Source: Setoptus koraiensis (lineage: Eukaryota; Animalia; Arthropoda). From it: a stretch of DNA of 64,000 nt. Both the position numbers and the translations under genes were made by a program. The first letter of the stretch is position 1. Every line of letters begins with the position of its first letter. The DNA lies in assembly GCA_048013815.1 (NCBI GenBank), contig CM106586.1, forward strand, positions 14,322,001 to 14,386,000, read 5' to 3'. Positions 35,628 through 48,675 of this stretch are shown here, piece after piece. Below the pieces are notes generated by a model. That model was not told the DNA's origin. It saw only the letters and a list, made by a program, of their open reading frames with translations, and did no database searches.

Positions 35628-35718
35628 CCGCGAATAGCTCAGTTGGAAGAGCGGGTGACTGTAGATTTGAATACGAATAGTTATCATCAGGTCGGTGGTT
35701 CGAATCCGCCTTCGCGGA
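35628..35718 (+). tRNA. tRNA-Tyr(GTA) with an 18-nt intron (35665-35682)
   Basis: Acceptor CCGCGAA/TTCGCGG plus A73, D arm TAGCTCAGTTGGAAGAGC, anticodon stem GGTGA/TCATC, loop CTGTAG|A, T arm GGTGG-TTCGAAT-CCGCC, oligo-T Pol III terminator just downstream. Confidence 0.95.
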
Positions 35719-36156
35719 CATAACTTTTTTCTTTTGTTCGACTTCGATCATTATTTATTTATTTGCCTTTTTGCACAATTTCTCCGTGTTTTTTTCCTTC
35801 TTTTTGTTTTCAAAATGAAGCAATGAATCAAGCTCATTAGTGTTCGCATGGATTAATTAGAAAAAAAAATGTTTAGTAGCCAAGATAAGTGTTTTGTCAT
35901 CAAGATCCCACTTTGCACTTTGAAAGTTTTTTACGCAATCACACACACACACACAACTTACGCAGAGGAACGATTGCTCCAAATGCGGTGCACATAGAGC
36001 GAAAAAATATCGGTATACGAAATGGCAGCAGTTGCAGTCATTTGTTGTTGCAGATCAAGAGTGAACACCTTGTAACTTCACCATGGTAGACTGATTGTCT
36101 GCCAAACATCGAATGTGTAGTATGTCTCCCTTGAGCTCATGCAAATACCATAGTGA

Positions 36157-36157
<1 letters not shown>

Positions 36158-36196
<39 letters not shown>

Positions 36197-36365
36197 CTCT
36201 GTGTCTGTGTGTATGTGTGTGTGTTGCCGAGTTTGTGCGTTCGTCTGAGAATCCGCCCAAATCTGTCTTCTCTTTATTATACCATTGCATTTGGCAGCTT
36301 ACTATACTTACAATACTACACCATGGACACACACACGCACGCACACACAGACACACACACACACC
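36158..36365. repeat. (TG)n and (CA)n tracts in inverted arrangement upstream of Cdc42
   Basis: TG-rich tract about 36158-36224 and CA-rich tract about 36326-36365. Confidence 0.85.
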
Positions 36366-36433
36366 AACACTAAACAAAATCTCAGCTGTATCATAATTCG
36401 GAGCAACAGCAGCAAAACTATCACAGTTGCTAG

Positions 36434-37299
<866 letters not shown>

Positions 37300-37329
37300 A
37301 AATCGGCATCTTAAGATAATAAATAAACC

Positions 37330-37990
37330 GCGGAAGTCCCTATCATAAGACTTCAAGCCATTCTCCACAAATAAGCATTCATCTTATGACCAAGAACTTA
37401 TTGGTTCGCATGTAAAAACTCGGAGGGGTCGAGACGCCTTTTTTCTAACTTGTTACAGTCTACGATTGTCTGCTTTACAGGATTTCAAGTAGGTGCTACC
37501 AAGATGTGTTCTTCGATTTCTGAGTTTCTTCCCAATCCCTCTAACGGGCTTTTGAATGTCAGTGTCTTAACTAACACAGAAATCGCGCCAACTACTATCT
37601 CTTGTTTGTACAATTTCAGCGCTATTGGCTTCTTTCTCATGTGTCAAGCTGCAAGCTTATTAAAGAGTTCAACTATAATGTTGTCACGAGTGAGCTTCAT
37701 CCAATGGACTTGCAACTAGTTTGAAAAAATCCGTTAGAGGCGCTCGCGACGCTTTGGAATTGTTTGGTCAATCATAGAGTCTCGCGTGAAACGAATGGGC
37801 CAAAATATATGCTCGCCACCACACCTGAAATTTTCTCATAATGGACACAAGCGGCATAAAGACAGCTTTCAAAGAGCTAATGTTATCCATTGAATCTAAT
37901 CCGACAGAAGAAGAAGTAGAAGGGCTATTGAAAATACTAGAATGTCAGATAGAATCCTCCAGATAGACCACGTTTCTCCTGCTTTAAAAC
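37330..37990. pseudogene. Mosaic duplication remnant: fragments of MIER, Smoothened (two pieces), and the promoter/5' end of the 33703 gene
   Basis: 37330-37448 matches 38520-38638; 37450-37647 matches 31320-31519; 37650-37689 matches 31896-31935; 37688-37990 matches 33552-33859. All in the same orientation. Includes truncated ORF 37841-37966 (MDTSGIKTAFKELMLSIESNPTEEEVEGLLKILECQIESSR*). Confidence 0.92.
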
Positions 37991-38150
37991 TTTGAGTCTA
38001 CTCTTTCTCTTTCTCTCTCTTTCTTTTCTAAAAATCGCTACTTGGCCATAACAACCCAAAGATAATAAATCTATTTTTTTTAATGTTTAATACCTTCACC
38101 GCCTACTCATAGGTGATGGTTGCCTTGTTACCATGTACAAATATAACTTA

Positions 38151-39935
38151 TCAGATTGTGGGATTCGTTGTTATACTCGACACAATATTACCAGAATTGT
38201 CATTGTTTTGTTGAAAGATTGGAAAATTGTGTGAGGACATCATAGCGCCAGTTCGATGAGCCACTGGACTGGCGTCAGTTTGTGTCAACTGTGAATCACA
38301 TATGTCCATAGATGACACCTGAGGTGATGCCAGAATGGCTTCGTTTTCTTCGATGAATTTGTCCATATAGTCGGTTGTGCCTGGATGTGCGAAACATCTC
38401 TTCCTATCCATCTTGTATTGATTGATATAAATGTCATGCCTTTCTGACTTCTTCCAGATATAATAGAATGCGACCAATTCGCCATGAGACCTCGTTTGAA
38501 CTTTATTCAGATTGATGGAGCGGAAGTCCTTACCATAAGACTTCAGGCCACTCTCAAACCCTAAGCATTCATCTTGTGACCAAGAACTCATTGGTTCGTA
38601 TGTATAGTACTTGGAGGGGTCGAGACGTCTTCTTCTAAGTGCTTCTTCAACATTGTGGTTACACTGGAGTAGAAGATAGAGTAATTGCTCTTCGTCCAGA
38701 ATATAATCCTGTTTGCTGGCGCCAACATCTTTGGGCTTACTGCCCGAGTCCTGGTTCGATCCTATTGTTGCTTCGATCTGGCTAGGATATGTTGGTGGTA
38801 TTTGTGTTTCATTCGTTACCTTGGGTGACAAGTGATGGGAGTTAAAGAAATCGTCATTTGCTATGGAGTCTTTCTGGACATTCACTTGCTGCTGTTGTAG
38901 GAGAAACAAATCATGCTGATTTGCCCTTTGCTGCTTCCGACTTTGTTCCATATATAGGTCATCAACCTGGATAGATTGCCCACCAGAACCACTGTTGGAC
39001 ATTGTCGGGACTTCCTTAGGACAATAATCTTGCTGGTGACATCTTAGAAAATCATCAGATATGGTTGGCATGGTTGTTAAAATCTTCGAACACTTTTTTG
39101 ATAAAGCTGCAGCCTTGATTAGAAAGTCTTGTACCTGCTCCACAGTCATGTCTTTACAGCACCACATTAATCGATCCTCATTTTCGTAGGCGGGTGCGTC
39201 ATCATAGTGAGATAAACCATCAGGTATCGTAGCTTGATGTTGAGGTCCTACTTGTATAGATTTACGCCAATCATGTGATATATCTGCATCCTCATCAGAA
39301 TAGGAGTAGTCTTCATCATCATCAGAATCATCTAATTCATAGGCTAAGAGCGGGTTGAGAGAATCTTCGTGCAGTCTCATGGGAGAGGGATTAATTGTTG
39401 AAGAAGGCTTCTCTGTCTCATAAATGCATGTATTAGCAGTTGTTGTTTGCGTATTTTCGTCGGATCTATAAGCTAAGCATGAATCGTGTGGCAGTAGACT
39501 GCTTTGAGGTAGTTCATTTTGATAATTTTGTTTACAGGTAGACTCTATACCAATATTCTCAGTTATCAAGTCCTGCGTTGTTCTAGTCGGATCGTATGGG
39601 TTATGAGTCGAATTTTGAACAAAATCTGAATTAAAATGATTCTGCTCATTGTTACTTGATGTCCCTTGTTGTTGCAGTTCGCTAGTCGAGCTCTCTAAAG
39701 CTTCGGCTGCATTCAAACTATTATAGTATGCCAATAATTCATCTAGTGGCATTTCTGCATCTTTTCTTAAATCGTCTACTTCATCATCGGCACTAATTCC
39801 TTCGAGGGCCTCTTCTTCGTCTAATGTTCTTTCATCATCTATGTCGTCAATGAGAGCCTCAACTGAAGGATTGTATTCTTGATCATCTTGATCAGATCCA
39901 TTAGCATCTATATGTTTGGCATTAGGTGTGGCCAT
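38151..39935 (-). CDS. MIER1: MIER family ELM2-SANT corepressor (594 aa), intronless
   Basis: Acidic N-terminus (DDIDDERTLDEEEALE...AEMPLDELLAYY), ELM2 (WRKSIQVGPQHQA...EDRLMW), SANT (WSQDECLGFESGLKSYGKDF...ELVAFYYIWKKSERHD). Confidence 0.93.
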   Translation of the reverse strand: MATPNAKHIDANGSDQDDQEYNPSVEALIDDIDDERTLDEEEALEGISADDEVDDLRKDAEMPLDELLAYYNSLNAAEALESSTSELQQQGTSSNNEQNHFNSDFVQNSTHNPYDPTRTTQDLITENIGIESTCKQNYQNELPQSSLLPHDSCLAYRSDENTQTTTANTCIYETEKPSSTINPSPMRLHEDSLNPLLAYELDDSDDDEDYSYSDEDADISHDWRKSIQVGPQHQATIPDGLSHYDDAPAYENEDRLMWCCKDMTVEQVQDFLIKAAALSKKCSKILTTMPTISDDFLRCHQQDYCPKEVPTMSNSGSGGQSIQVDDLYMEQSRKQQRANQHDLFLLQQQQVNVQKDSIANDDFFNSHHLSPKVTNETQIPPTYPSQIEATIGSNQDSGSKPKDVGASKQDYILDEEQLLYLLLQCNHNVEEALRRRRLDPSKYYTYEPMSSWSQDECLGFESGLKSYGKDFRSINLNKVQTRSHGELVAFYYIWKKSERHDIYINQYKMDRKRCFAHPGTTDYMDKFIEENEAILASPQVSSMDICDSQLTQTDASPVAHRTGAMMSSHNFPIFQQNNDNSGNIVSSITTNPTI

Positions 39936-40705
39936 AGTACATGTAATAATGTTTTTAAGTATTCAATTATTTGATTTAGGAGGCCCGTCCGAAATTATGA
40001 AGAAGATTACGAATATTTTTTTTTTGATAAAAATAAGATCAATATGGATAATACCTTTAACGAATGTAATAGTAGTGATAATAATAATAGTATTAGTAAT
40101 GAGTGTAATGAGTCCAGTAATATACGGCTATCCTTGGTTTTATTTTACTGCTAACTCTTGTAACAATACAACATGGGCAAAATAATTTACAGTGATAGCC
40201 AATGATCTAACCAACAATTTTGGCTGGTTTAGGGCGATATAAATAGTAAATATTGAATAAATGGCAAAATAAAATACGTGTTTGTGTTGTCATACGTAAC
40301 GTATAAAAACCCCGCGAAGAACGTGCCACACCGATGGGACGATGGTGTCTAACACCATCGCATATTATAGTCATGCTTCTTGTCGCTCTAATCCTTTAAG
40401 CATAACGGGACAGCACAAATCTTCATGCACAATATTTTGATTATCGTTGGTAAGCTCTCTTTGTAACCGGGATTTATCTGGACAACCAATGTTTGAAAAT
40501 GATGATTTGATTTCACGTGGAGAAGACGTGGCAAAGATATAGATTGGTAGAAAATGAAAGTGCATGTGTTAAGGGAATCCTCTTATGAAAAACAGGGAAA
40601 AAAATAATCTGTCTTCAATCTCAAATCTTGCATAGCTAGCATCAAAGATTTATTGTTATTTATTTCTTAGTTAACTTGGATAGCATCTAGGCAAATGATA
40701 TACAA

Positions 40706-42965
40706 CTAGAGAGGAGTATCAATCATGATGTGAGGATCATGCAATTGTATACTCCTATCATGAATGGCTTTGAGCAACTTTCTTCGAGGTCCCAAAAGAA
40801 TTTGCAGCGATTTCAAGTCATCTTCCGTCAGCAACATCAAGGCCTCCAAATCAATCTTTTCCTTGTGAAAAACTTCACTCAAGTCGGTCAGTCCATTTGT
40901 CATCAAGAACAGATCGATGGCATCTTGCTCTGACTCGTCACAATTTCTTTGGTATTCCACATTGAGTATAGGACTTGATGTTTCCAAGTCTTTCTCTTGG
41001 TATTCTAATTTTTTCCTCAATAATAGGTAACTTTTATCTAAGAACATTGTATCATTTTGATGAGTTTCAAATATCGACGATGATCCATTTGTTTGTACGC
41101 TAATAGACTCAAATGTATTGTCAGATGACATGGATGATGATGACGAAGATGAGGACTTAGTGTTGGATGATGAGGAAGTTGTTGAGACCGTATTCCTTTG
41201 GGCCAAGCTCCCCGCCGACCCGATACTGTCGTCTAGTGTACTGAAGTTCCTAGTTTGTTTCTCCGCTGATATTAATATCGGAAGAGTTTTCTTATCGTCC
41301 AATTCATCTTTTTTCTGCCTTAACCTTGATCTGGTGCTTTCTATATGGCCTCCTAATTTGTTAGAGTTTTGGACACTTTTTGATTGTATGTAATCACCTG
41401 GATATCGATTCTGGATTGACTGTTGTACTTTCGTCTTATTCTGCAACTTACTATCGTTGCACCTGTCTTCACCCTCGACAGGATTAATGATGTATTCACC
41501 GTAGTTATGAACTTGTTGTACCTTTTCCTCGATGATATATGATGTAAGATGTGGCACGCTTGTGGCTCGGGAAATGCTCTTTTCATTTTTAACCACCGAC
41601 TTTAATCTGATCGCAGGTATAGTATGTTCTTGTTTCTCTTCATTTTCGTTCGATATCGGTGTTGATGGCTGAGGATCGACTTTCTGGTTACTCTGATTGT
41701 CATCACTCTGGATTTGATTTTCTCCTGTATAAGTACCTTCGTCGTATCTCTTTGGTGATAATTGTTGAAACATCGAGGCAATTGACTGTCGCTTGGTATT
41801 CACATTCAAAGATTGGGTATCATATCTAGGTGTAGATGAAATTTTTTCATTGTTTCTAAATTCATTTTGTGACCGCAATTGACGATTTTCTTCAGAGCCT
41901 TGACATTGCATCGCTTTCATGTCATCTTCAAATGATATAGATTTTTGATTGTCCGGTGAAGATATTGATTGCATCAGTTTCTTCAGATGCACCTTACGCG
42001 AAACACCACCAATGCTTCTTATCTTGCTAGTAATTGTTGATTCACTACAAATAGATGAGTTTGTTGTTGCATGATCTGATATGTTTTTTTTATCATTGAC
42101 TATATCGGAGAACTTCATCGTGTTACTATTGCAATCTCGTGATGCTAAAGAGGTACTGTTATAACGCTTAGATCCCTTTGATTTACTATCTACTTGATCA
42201 TGTAAACTCTTGGCGCTTTTCAAATACAAGTTATCGCCGAATTGATCACTGAATTGATACAGATCTCTCGTGCTGCTTTTGATCGAGGTACCTACCAAGT
42301 TGATATCACTAGTCGAACGAGCAGAGAATAATTTCATTCTATGTGTATTTATATGTCTCTCCTCTTTTTCTGCTTGTTTAATCGATTTCAGTTGAAGTTT
42401 CCTAAATAACTTAATCCTTTTCTCTGCAGCAACCATTGCCTTCTCTTTGTATCTCTGCACTGCCTTTGTGTTCCAAGCGCTTTGTTTGGCCATCGTATCA
42501 TCCAGATAATCTAGAATCTATTGGTTTGTGAATTAGATGAGAGATGCAATACGATAAACTTATTCAACAGAAGAATGTAGTTTTTTAGCTACAGTAATTA
42601 TGATACTCCACCAAAAGTACACTAACCTCTTTCTTTTTGTTGATCGCCGCGATATCTTTGGGGGTTCTTAAATCATTGTCTAGGCACCACATGTTAACAC
42701 CAAAATTGACTAAGAAGGATACGCAATTTAAATGTCCTTTGCTGGCTGCGAGATGCAATGCCGATGATCCCAATAATGTTGTCTTTTCTGGATCTCCTCC
42801 TCTTCCAACGAGGATTCTTAAGGCATCTAGATGACCACGAGATGCTGCCATTAGTGTTGGGGTCAAGCCGTCGTCGTCGCTCTGGTTGGCATCCCTTTTT
42901 GAGGCATCATATAGGATCTCCAGAAAGCCGTCGCGCACTGCTCTGTGATAGCGATCTTGATTCAT
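40706..42965 (-). CDS. Sans: Sans/USH1G (ANKS4B family): ankyrin repeats, SAM domain and PDZ-binding motif; 2 exons (42965-42627, 42517-40706)
   Basis: MNQDRYHRAVRDGFLEILYDASKRDANQSDDDGLTPTLMAA...; the splice gives KKKE|ILDYLDDTMAKQ; SAM domain EKIDLEALMLLTEDDLKSLQILLGPRRKLL; C-terminal DTPL. Confidence 0.92.
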
Positions 42966-44669
42966 ATTTGTTTAAATTTTTGATAGCAATATTATATTTG
43001 AATCATACTGATATGGCCAATTGGTTGGTTTTTTGCTGAAGCACATGATACCACTAAAATTGTTTCACCTTTCTGCCTACCGATGGGACATTAGCACATA
43101 GTCAGTGTTAGTTTTTTCTTTTGTGATGCAATTTTCAATTCTATCTTTGTCGGTTGAAATGATGGATTCTATCTCTTATGGAGCTTCTAAGATCTTATAT
43201 GTGGTTTGGAGGTATTCAAACATGATGCAGATAATTATGTTCATAATGGGCACTTGAATATTCAGGATGGTATGAAGTAGTGGTAGTAACTGTTTTAGTT
43301 TCCTTCGCGATTTGACTTCTGTCAGCATTCATATTATATGTAGTTTATTTGCAATACATATTGGTAGTCGAAGTAGTGAATCAAAATACGAGTGAATATA
43401 TTACACAGTCTTTGTGTAATGAGTTGCTGACATCTAATGTAAATGATGATCTATCATAAATTAATATGCAGAAACTCTTTTTCTAGAGCCGGCCCATCAA
43501 AACTTGCTGCCAGTTTTTCAGTTGACTAGTACTTATACTGGGCTGATTGTTCGCTCGGTTATTCTCTTTCATACGTTCAACAAAAAAAGTTCTGTTAGAG
43601 GGTAGTATAAAAATGTTACCTCTTGCAGCGAAAGATCGGTGTCCCCCTATGGTTATGTTCTTTTTCAACTATTTTTAATGAATGCTACTTTCTCTAATAA
43701 TACAATTATCTGCCCAGTGAGCTATTCATAGAATTGTGTTGATGGTATGGATGACGATATAATAATACTGCTTGCGACTAGATAGTGTCGTATACTATGA
43801 ACACTTATGCCCTTGGCTAAGTACACGCCGCAACAGTTTGTTGTTTGCTTTTTTTTTATAAATTAAAGTGTAACTAAATTAAGACCATGGCTGAATCATT
43901 GATCTTGCATTGAGTGCTACGAATGTGTGTTTGGTAATTGATGAGGTGGACTGGTTTTAATTGCAGTCCAACTACCCGTTAGTTCAATAATTGCCTATTT
44001 TCTTTCGATGTATGTAGCATCGATTCTTGTCGACGTTGTTGGTGCTGTTGTAAGGAGATAATACTGCAAGAATCAGAACTTTAACTTGCACTTTTTACAG
44101 CGATGATGGCCAGTTGATTTAGACAACAACTGAAAACTAGATTAGTGTTCGTTCTCTGTAAATGATGAATAAAGCTACATAATCAATGGAATAATTTAGC
44201 ATGCTACAACGGTATCATCCTATGGTATTGTTTGAACGATGTATCTCGCTAGATAGGACAGAGTGAGTTTGACATTCGTATCGGTTGTATGTGTATGTTT
44301 ATGTGTTTTTGGATAATAATCCTATTGTTGTTGCTATTATTTATTCGCTTTGATGTTACCATTACTGATACTGATGCTGCAACTAATACTGTGTATTGAT
44401 TTGATAATAATAGAATACAATGCAGCCATTTAAAAGTTTATTCTTCCATTGTAGGAAAAAGGAGAGTTTACTAGAATTCTTATCTTCTGCAGCTGCACAC
44501 TGTTGTAATGCAACTAAACGCCACTAACACCTCACAGTTGGACGGTTGTTATATTAGGTTAGAGTGGTCCATCATCGTCACAGAAGAAGTTGCTTGCAAC
44601 GACACGGAATGGATGAATGATTAAACGAATCATGGCAGTTGGTTGTCGGGTAGCTTTCCGAAAAACTGG

Positions 44670-44672
<3 letters not shown>

Positions 44673-44724
<52 letters not shown>
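44673..44724. repeat. (AG)n microsatellite, about 26 units
   Basis: Direct reading. Confidence 0.95.
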
Positions 44725-44726
<2 letters not shown>

Positions 44727-47700
44727 AAAAGATTGCAGAGACTGAGAGAGAAAGAGATGGAAGAAAAAAGCAGTGTCTTAGTGTTTTTATTGATGCTAAC
44801 TGATAGGCACGGTAGTGATGGTAGTATTAGTTGTGGCTGCCATTGCCAGTAGCGTCAGCAGTATTTTTCGAACAGCAGAAATGTTTCGTTTCTCACGATA
44901 CTAGAATCGCAAAATGAATGTGTTTCGACTTAGGCAGCCGAGTGAGATCGCAACAAGAACATCACAGAGTTAATAAGTTGCTCAAATTGATATCGTTCAA
45001 CTTCATACTACCACTATCATTATTATCATCATCATCATCGTCAGCGTTATTATTGATACAACCGTTGCCGTACCCATTATTATTATTATGCAACAATGAG
45101 AATCCGCTGGAGAAAATTGATGTTATTCGTTTTCAGGCCGTATCATTGTCGCCAATTCGAACAATGATGATAATAAATGTAATGTATGTAACCGATAGGA
45201 GCAACGATTATCTTTAAGGATGATATGTAATGAGTTTATCGCTGTATCTTTTATATATCTATATACATTTGGCGAAAACTAAAGGGAGGGAGAGAGGGAT
45301 TTGCATCATATAGTAATGGCAGGGGAGCAAAATTGACACAAAGTTTGCGGTTTGTAAAATTCTATCATACATCATGCTTCAGCAATAAAAGTACGATGGC
45401 TGGTTGGCTCTCAATAGTGGTGACATAACAAAGTAGCAAAACTAGCAACTAGACAACCTGTGCAACAACGAATCATAACAATGACAATAACCGCGTTACA
45501 TAGGGAGCATTACTCGTAATAGATGGTAATGTTTTCGATGGTCATTCACCTGTCGTGTTACTTGCTGTTATTGTCGCATGACCAAATAATTCAACTAAAG
45601 GTTGTGAGTCATGCTACTTTACTCAATTATGAATGATCACATGTTTGAGTACTTGACCATAGTATAGGATCAAAACAATGTGAAACCACATTCGGCAACA
45701 ACAGTAAGCTGTTGTCACGATTAAATAGTCACGACATCTTTCAGCTATTTCATGGTTAACATGGCTGATATTCCTGGCAATCATCTCTCTGATTGACCGA
45801 TACAATAGTAGATGTTGTGAAGTTAGAGGCTTAATAATCAACCCTCTGCCAATATCTTTCTGTCATGCTGTCAATTCAAACTGATGTGTGAATAGTAACT
45901 ATCACGAAAGATCTAGTGCAAGTTGTACAATTTCGCTAACAAATTCGAGCGCTCTTTGAGCCATCTTTTCAGTTCAAATCTGTAGACAGTTGTGGGAATT
46001 CATGACATCATCAGACCAAAATAGGATTTATGGCTGCACGCCCTTATGAATGGTTTATTTGTTTTTCCTTCGGATTTCTTTCATAACTTGAGTCTTGTCC
46101 ATTATCACGACCAAGTTTGGCAATATAACGGATGAGTTGCTGGCAAGCACAGATTCGAGCAAAGAGATTAGCCCTAACTATTTAGGATAAATGTGTCTAG
46201 AGGTGAGTCTGCACAGTTCGCGGATTTTTGTGACGTAAGATATTAAACAAGTCTAATCTACTCACTATAGTCATTCATTGGTTTAGAGGCACTCAAAGGG
46301 TCGAACAAATCTCACCGAAGATCAATCGGTGACACTTCAACGATGCGAATAGTCCATTTGGATAGCCACTGTTTTGTCAAGTTTCGGAAGTGGAGACCTG
46401 CTAATTGAAAGCTCAACCACTTTCGAACACTCCATTGTTGGAATATGCCCACCTATGTGCGAAGAAGAAGTGAGCATGGTTTTAATCGCTAATATATCGT
46501 TTTTACATCGACATCGGATTTTAATTAAAAATTTCACCTAGTACTAGATATCCTACGTAAGAGTAGAAGTTTTAAGAGAAACATTGGCACTAAAATATAC
46601 TCTTAAAGTTTTTTGCACCTTTTGCGCCTTTTTCACCTATTCGTCAATGCAGATCTGAGATCACAAATTTAGCGTGCAGTGTGTTTTATGCATAAATTTA
46701 AATTGATCGAAAAAATCTCTATGGAATCCCTCACTAGTTTTGTGTGCTCCAATTTTGTTTACATGGACATAAAAGTGTTGTTCTCTCAATGTTTCTCGTA
46801 TAACTTATATGCTGAAATTTCATATGTACTGTATTGACATATGGTATGACACAAGCTTAAATTTTGAATAAAAATGTGTGGATGTTGCGCCGACTGAGAA
46901 CAACCAATGATGGCCGATCGGTCATTTCCGGAAGTACTTCTTTGACGCTTCCGCGACGCGCATGTCCTTAGTCTATCCCCTTTTACTCTCATTGCGAGAC
47001 AAAATCGAGTCAGTTCTTTTTCGTTTTTTGACAGACTGTAAACTTTTTCTAAGAGAATTTTTTAATCATAATGGGTACAGTCCTGTCAGAGAGAAAATAC
47101 TTATTATTTCGCGCCGAAATTTAAAAATATTTTCTTTACGTTCGCATAAGCTCGTCACGCATGCGTTCGCTCGTCCAGTACACGGACTTAGGCCAATTAA
47201 GTCCTCTTGCACATAAGCTCAGGGCTATCTGTGCCCATAATTTAAGATCTCAAATTAAAGACGACACACCTCGGAGGTCCCACACCGACCCAATTGCCTA
47301 CAGCCACCTAAACAGAAGCTAAGTCGCGTGGCTTAGGCTAAGTTGTTTGTTTGTGCTTTTGTTTGCGTTCGCTAACATCAGGGCCATTGTCAAATGATCC
47401 GAAAAAAAGAGAGAACAAAAAATAATGTTGTTGTTGCGTCGGGGGTGTTTCCTTGAATTGCCAGCACCAACCGGAGGAGATTTGTTAAAAATATTTCCAC
47501 CACACTAATCGATTGCTACCGCATGATAGAGATACCCCATTCTCTTGGTAGTCTATTTTATTTTATACATTTATACATCATTAACAACAACAACAACAAC
47601 AATATACGTTGTACACCAGTCTTCAGTATGTGTGTGTGAGAAAGATATACGTGATAAAATAAAACAAGGCACTGGAGAGGAAAAAGAAATAAAAAAAGGT

Positions 47701-48675
47701 CTAGATCTAGATTTATCACTCACAGCCAGTCATTTAGTTAGTTATAATTGAGTAAGTCTAGATAAGACAGACGAACATCATCTCATCGAAATCTCATCTA
47801 CTGCTACTGAGCCAATAGGAGAAGGAAACAAAAAATGTTTCATTAATATTATTATGAGACTAGCACTAGTTATTACACACTGATATAATCATCATTATTA
47901 TATTAAACAAAAATAAGTTTATTGTCAATCAAAAAACAGCTTTATACCAACGATAATAGATGGATAAACTCAAAATTGGAACAAGGATGAGATCGCAACA
48001 CACTTTCGAAGCACTACCGGACTAGACGTGTATAAGAACACAACAACATGAGCCAGGTAAATGCGATCTGTATGTCGACTACATGGAGAATGCTCATTGA
48101 TGACCTCTACAATCTCTATCGGTTGTTTTCATTGTTGTTTTGTTGTTGTTTTCGTTGGTTGTTCTGTTGTTGCAGCAGTATCAGCAATAGATGCTGATGT
48201 GACGTCTATATAAACGACGACGACGGCACTATCTGCGTCGTAGGAAGCTTAACATAAATTTATTTATCTAATCCAATAATTATTATTATCTTTCTTAATT
48301 TCAGAGTATTTAGCTTTTGTTAACAAGGCATAACATATAATCTAACCAATCATACTCCAATATTGCCTGTTGAAAAATCGCCATTCTCAGTAATATAGAC
48401 AACAACTGGTGAATAAATTAAAATCTTTGGAATCGTCATCGCCAATACTATTTTATTTATAAATTAAAAAAAAAAGAGGATAACAATTACATCAACAGCA
48501 GAAATACCTATATATTATCATTATTATAATTATTAATTTAAAAGGAGGACAACAAGATTTAAGAAAAAACTCAATAATATTCTTTGCAGTGGTCATAATA
48601 AATACACCTCAACATAACAAGACTTCAAAGACAAATGCATCTAATGATGAATCGTTCGAATCAATAGGCAGTTCA

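Noticed and set aside
40336-40356. Perfect 9-bp hairpin cgatggtgt-cta-acaccatcg
   Set aside because: Isolated and short; expected by chance in 64 kb.
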